Below are positions 60,517-64,000 of a DNA stretch of 64,000 bases, piece after piece. The notes under the pieces are model-generated. The model did no database searches. It worked only from the letters and a program-made list of their open reading frames with translations, and was not told the DNA's origin. A program made the translations under genes and the position numbers. The stretch's first letter is position 1; every line of letters starts with the position of its first letter. Origin of the DNA: an uncultured Prevotella sp. (GTDB taxonomy: Bacteria > Bacteroidota > Bacteroidia > Bacteroidales > Bacteroidaceae); the NCBI GenBank assembly GCA_900322175.1, contig ONYZ01000010.1, positions 8,835-72,834 of the forward strand, given 5' to 3'.

Positions 60517-63500
60517 TTAATGTTTAATCTCCAAAGTTTCCGACTTCGTTACTGCGCGGAACTCTGGCGAGTAGGCGCACTCTACGGTAGCTGTGCCAGT
60601 CTCGTAGGTTCCTGCGCGATCGATATAGTATTCTGTCTCTATCACATGTGTACCCTTCGACAACATATCGTAGAAGTAGCATGTGGTGTTATCGTGCGGG
60701 GTGATATATCCACCGTGATGATAGCCGCTAAGTTGCTTGATGGGTTCCATACATGCAGCACGCTTGTCTATCACCTGAACGAAGTCATAGTCGCGATCGG
60801 CAGTGATGGTGATACGAACTTTCACGCGATCGCCAACCTTGATATTTGAGATTTTAGAATTAAGATTTGAGAGGATTTCTCTCTTGATGCTCAGGCCACT
60901 ACCATTATCAGCGATGTTCTTTGTCTGCTGGAAGAATTGGGCATAGACAGCACCCCATGATGTACCATCACTAGTCTTGCGGATAGTTAGACGCTTGCCT
61001 TTGGGCAATACGGTCTTTACATATCCGATAGCAGCTGTGGCCTTTGGTGTAGGCACAGTGCGCACGTCAAGATTGATGGCGGGCATCTTTGAGTTTTGTA
61101 CCAAACGGAACTCCTGACCTTTCAGGAATGCAAATACGGCATTCACACTGTTGATAGGAGTATCCCACGCCTGAGTGCGCTTCTGCTGTAGCAACCAGCG
61201 CTGCATCTCGTCGATAGTTTGGAAGTCATTAGGAGTAATCATCTGCAGAGCCTCGATAGCGATACTCTGGGTTGGTATCTTATAGTCGAACCAAGAATAA
61301 CCAGCACGTGGGGTATCGTAATAGCGTCCCATATCCTCCCGGAATACGGTGTACTCCTTCAGCGACTGGGCGTACTCCTGAGCACGCTGAGCATCAATCT
61401 TCGAGAAGATGACAGCCGCGAGGGCCTTGTCGTAGATGCTCTGTCGCTTGATGTCCTTCTTGAGCAGTTCTATCAGATAGTTGTTGGCCTGCTGAACATT
61501 TGCCGGAAGTGTGCGACCATCAATGGCCACCAGATAGAGCCACTGCAGAGCCTTATAACTTGGGAAGCTGACTGTCTCGCCTTTCTTCTCGGCTTTCTTC
61601 ATTTCATTCACCAAGTCAACTATCTCCTGTCCCATAAAGCGGAAGGCATTGTTGAGCATACCGTTAGTAGCACTCTGCTTCTCTGTGAGCGCATTCAGAC
61701 GAACCAGCATCTCGCTTACGGTTACCGTCATATAGAACGAGCCAGGCATACCAGGATACCATGTCCAAGCCCCCTCGTCATTCTGAAGTTTCTGCAATTT
61801 CTCCACACACTTATCCAGACGGTTTTTCATCAGGTTCTCATCGAAGAAGTCTGCCATACGATGCTTCTGTTCTGTCTCATTGTCAGCATCCATCACCCAA
61901 GGAGTCTCGCTCAGAACGAGATTCTTCAAATCTTCGTTCTTCGCTAATTGAGAATTTAGAGATGAGATTTTAGAGGTTTTATCTTCCTGCTGCCACTGCT
62001 CGAATACTGGCTTGATTTGTGGATTCTGGTCGATGATGTATTTGCCGATGCCGTTGGCATAGAACGATGCAGCCAGCGAGATTGCGTTAGCGTCATTTGG
62101 TGAACCAACAGCAGGCAGGGCCTGAACCATCAGCCATACTGGATTGTTGGTATACTCGAGTGTAAGTTTAGCATTCTTGGCATCAGCAGGAACCAGCTTC
62201 GACAGGTCGATAGTCTCTGTGCCATGCTGATGCTGGGTGATTGGCAGGGAGATAGTTACGCGCTCGCTGGCAGGCAGTACTGGCAGATAGTGCTGCTCGC
62301 CATCGCTGAAACCCTTACCGTTTACGCTCATCTTGCAGATTAGCATAGTTGGCTCGTAGGCAGTGGTGTTCACATCAAATGTTACTGATGTAGTCTCGCC
62401 AGCCTTCAGCGATACCTGTTGAGTCTTCTCGTAAACTACAGCGTTGGTCTCTGCATTTATCAGCTTTAGTGTTGCCTTACCTTGCAGGTTCTTCTCGCTA
62501 GTATTAAATATACGACCAGAGATAGTTGCCTTATCGCCTTCACGAACAAATCGAGGCAAGTTGGGCTGAATCATCACATCCTTCTTGGCCACAGCCTCTG
62601 CCTGGATGTCACCATAATATAGTTCGCGCGTGTGCGCGAAGCCAAGCATCTGCCAAGTGGTCAGGCTCTCAGGCAGAATAAACTTAATGGCCACACGACC
62701 ATTCATATCTGTTGAAAGTTGTGGATAGAAGAATGCTGTCTCGTTCAGATTCTCGCGAACCTGTACATCGTCTGCCATACTCTCATCGGCAGCATCTTTG
62801 GTTTCTTCCATATTTAATTTTGCAACAGGAGCGGCAAACTCCGCCTCATTAGTTTCCACTATATCGAATACTTTCATTTCATTCTGAGCCATTTCAGCAG
62901 GAGAGGCCATCATCAGCATATCGCTCTCCTCATCATGCCCCATCGCCTGCCCGAGACCTCTAACCTTAATTCTAGAACCACGACGGCCTCGAACTAGAAT
63001 GCGGAAACTACTAGGATATACATCGTGGTCAAAACGGCTGAAGTTAATAGCGCTTTCATCAAGCATATTCCACGAACCTGCGCAACTTTGATAGATGTTG
63101 CGGGTGAGTTGATACTTCCAGCTGGTATTTGGCAGTGGAATCCACAGATATGGGTTGAACAACCACTGATGCTTTGCTATCTGGTCTAGACTCTGATCAT
63201 AGAGTGTTGCCATCAGGTTGGCATCCACGGGTTTGCCTTCGGCATCCTTGATGGTCAGTGTCCACTCTTCCTTTTGTCCTGGTGTCAGGCGATCGCGGAA
63301 TGTAGCCCACTCCAATGTAAGTTTCTTGTTAGGCATTGGGCGCTGAATCTGTGCTGAATGGGTATAGCACTGGCCTTTCTTAACCCATGCGTAGGTAAGC
63401 AGCAGTCCGTTATCGTACTCTTCCTTGTAAGTAAACTTACGATTAATCAACTGATTATTACGATCTACACTACCCTGCTCTATCAGTTTCTTGCCAGAGA

Positions 63501-64000
63501 ATATGCTATATACGATATGCACATCCTTATCCGACGAACCCACCTGTATAGTTACAGGAGTGCCATCGTTAGCAAACTGCCCTGCCGACTGATAGAACCA
63601 ATCGTCAGTATCAGTAGCAGGTCTTTCATCATCTAGCGAGAAGATGACAACAGACTTGTCCACTGTCTGATCCTCATACGCAGCCTCTACACGATGCTTA
63701 CCAGAAGCCAACTTGGCCAATGCTATCTGCTGATTTGTCTTGGCAGTCTGCCACTCGCCATTATCTATGCGATAGCGCACCTCTGTGTCTATATCCTGTC
63801 CTGCAGCATTGCGCAGATGGAATGTTGCTGTGGGATTATCCTCTACCAATACCTTATCAACCACATCGATACTCAGAGCTGTTGGACGATTGCCAAGAGG
63901 CAACGACAGTTGACCATTATGCGTCTCGCCTGCCACATCTGTCACATCAGCCATCACCACAAAGTTGTAGAACATCGGATGCTCTGATTCTGGCATCGTC
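60517..64000 (-). CDS. Alpha-2-macroglobulin family protein (5' end lies outside the window)
   Basis: VRENLNETAFFYP, LPESLTTW, PNLPRFVREGD and C-terminal YSPEF. Confidence 0.85.
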   Translation of the reverse strand, partial: TMPESEHPMFYNFVVMADVTDVAGETHNGQLSLPLGNRPTALSIDVVDKVLVEDNPTATFHLRNAAGQDIDTEVRYRIDNGEWQTAKTNQQIALAKLASGKHRVEAAYEDQTVDKSVVIFSLDDERPATDTDDWFYQSAGQFANDGTPVTIQVGSSDKDVHIVYSIFSGKKLIEQGSVDRNNQLINRKFTYKEEYDNGLLLTYAWVKKGQCYTHSAQIQRPMPNKKLTLEWATFRDRLTPGQKEEWTLTIKDAEGKPVDANLMATLYDQSLDQIAKHQWLFNPYLWIPLPNTSWKYQLTRNIYQSCAGSWNMLDESAINFSRFDHDVYPSSFRILVRGRRGSRIKVRGLGQAMGHDEESDMLMMASPAEMAQNEMKVFDIVETNEAEFAAPVAKLNMEETKDAADESMADDVQVRENLNETAFFYPQLSTDMNGRVAIKFILPESLTTWQMLGFAHTRELYYGDIQAEAVAKKDVMIQPNLPRFVREGDKATISGRIFNTSEKNLQGKATLKLINAETNAVVYEKTQQVSLKAGETTSVTFDVNTTAYEPTMLICKMSVNGKGFSDGEQHYLPVLPASERVTISLPITQHQHGTETIDLSKLVPADAKNAKLTLEYTNNPVWLMVQALPAVGSPNDANAISLAASFYANGIGKYIIDQNPQIKPVFEQWQQEDKTSKISSLNSQLAKNEDLKNLVLSETPWVMDADNETEQKHRMADFFDENLMKNRLDKCVEKLQKLQNDEGAWTWYPGMPGSFYMTVTVSEMLVRLNALTEKQSATNGMLNNAFRFMGQEIVDLVNEMKKAEKKGETVSFPSYKALQWLYLVAIDGRTLPANVQQANNYLIELLKKDIKRQSIYDKALAAVIFSKIDAQRAQEYAQSLKEYTVFREDMGRYYDTPRAGYSWFDYKIPTQSIAIEALQMITPNDFQTIDEMQRWLLQQKRTQAWDTPINSVNAVFAFLKGQEFRLVQNSKMPAINLDVRTVPTPKATAAIGYVKTVLPKGKRLTIRKTSDGTSWGAVYAQFFQQTKNIADNGSGLSIKREILSNLNSKISNIKVGDRVKVRITITADRDYDFVQVIDKRAACMEPIKQLSGYHHGGYITPHDNTTCYFYDMLSKGTHVIETEYYIDRAGTYETGTATVECAYSPEFRAVTKSETLEIKH

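Overview
A Bacteroidales (Prevotella-like) chromosomal window. The taxon call rests on TAnnTTTG -7 promoters, many lipoproteins and the gene content. Most of it is housekeeping: paaK/ACT, tRNA-Val, purB, rluB-like, asnS, asd, an RND efflux operon, a TonB receptor, cdsA-ftsH-rsfS, tRNA-Gln, corA, pepD, rsmA, ispH, meaB and an alpha-2-macroglobulin. The standout is an AT-rich accessory island (~16.5-30.6 kb). It holds a tightly coupled 8-gene minus-strand operon: vWA-like lipoprotein, 3-TM protein, divergent tubulin/FtsZ-like GTPase, 1049-aa actin/Hsp70-fold ATPase, ZorA/MotA-like, ZorB/MotB-like, tandem-DUF4357 protein and an exported non-specific endonuclease. This is a candidate Zorya-like anti-phage or membrane-remodelling system with cytoskeletal-type NTPases in place of ZorC/D/E. 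It is flanked by VapBC, an AbiF-like remnant with its RNA hairpin, an orphan sRNA and an unannotated double-glycine-leader peptide. Its ~300-nt leader shares a helix architecture with a second leader at the start of the window. Other oddities: a tRNA-Gln with a 17-nt tandem duplication spanning the anticodon, a uORF/anti-RBS switch upstream of corA, an unannotated 34-aa membrane protein, a precursor-less PqqD/S26/kinase/ABC cassette, heptamer repeats inside coding sequences and near-leaderless genes. All family calls come from motif recognition by eye; no database searches were run.
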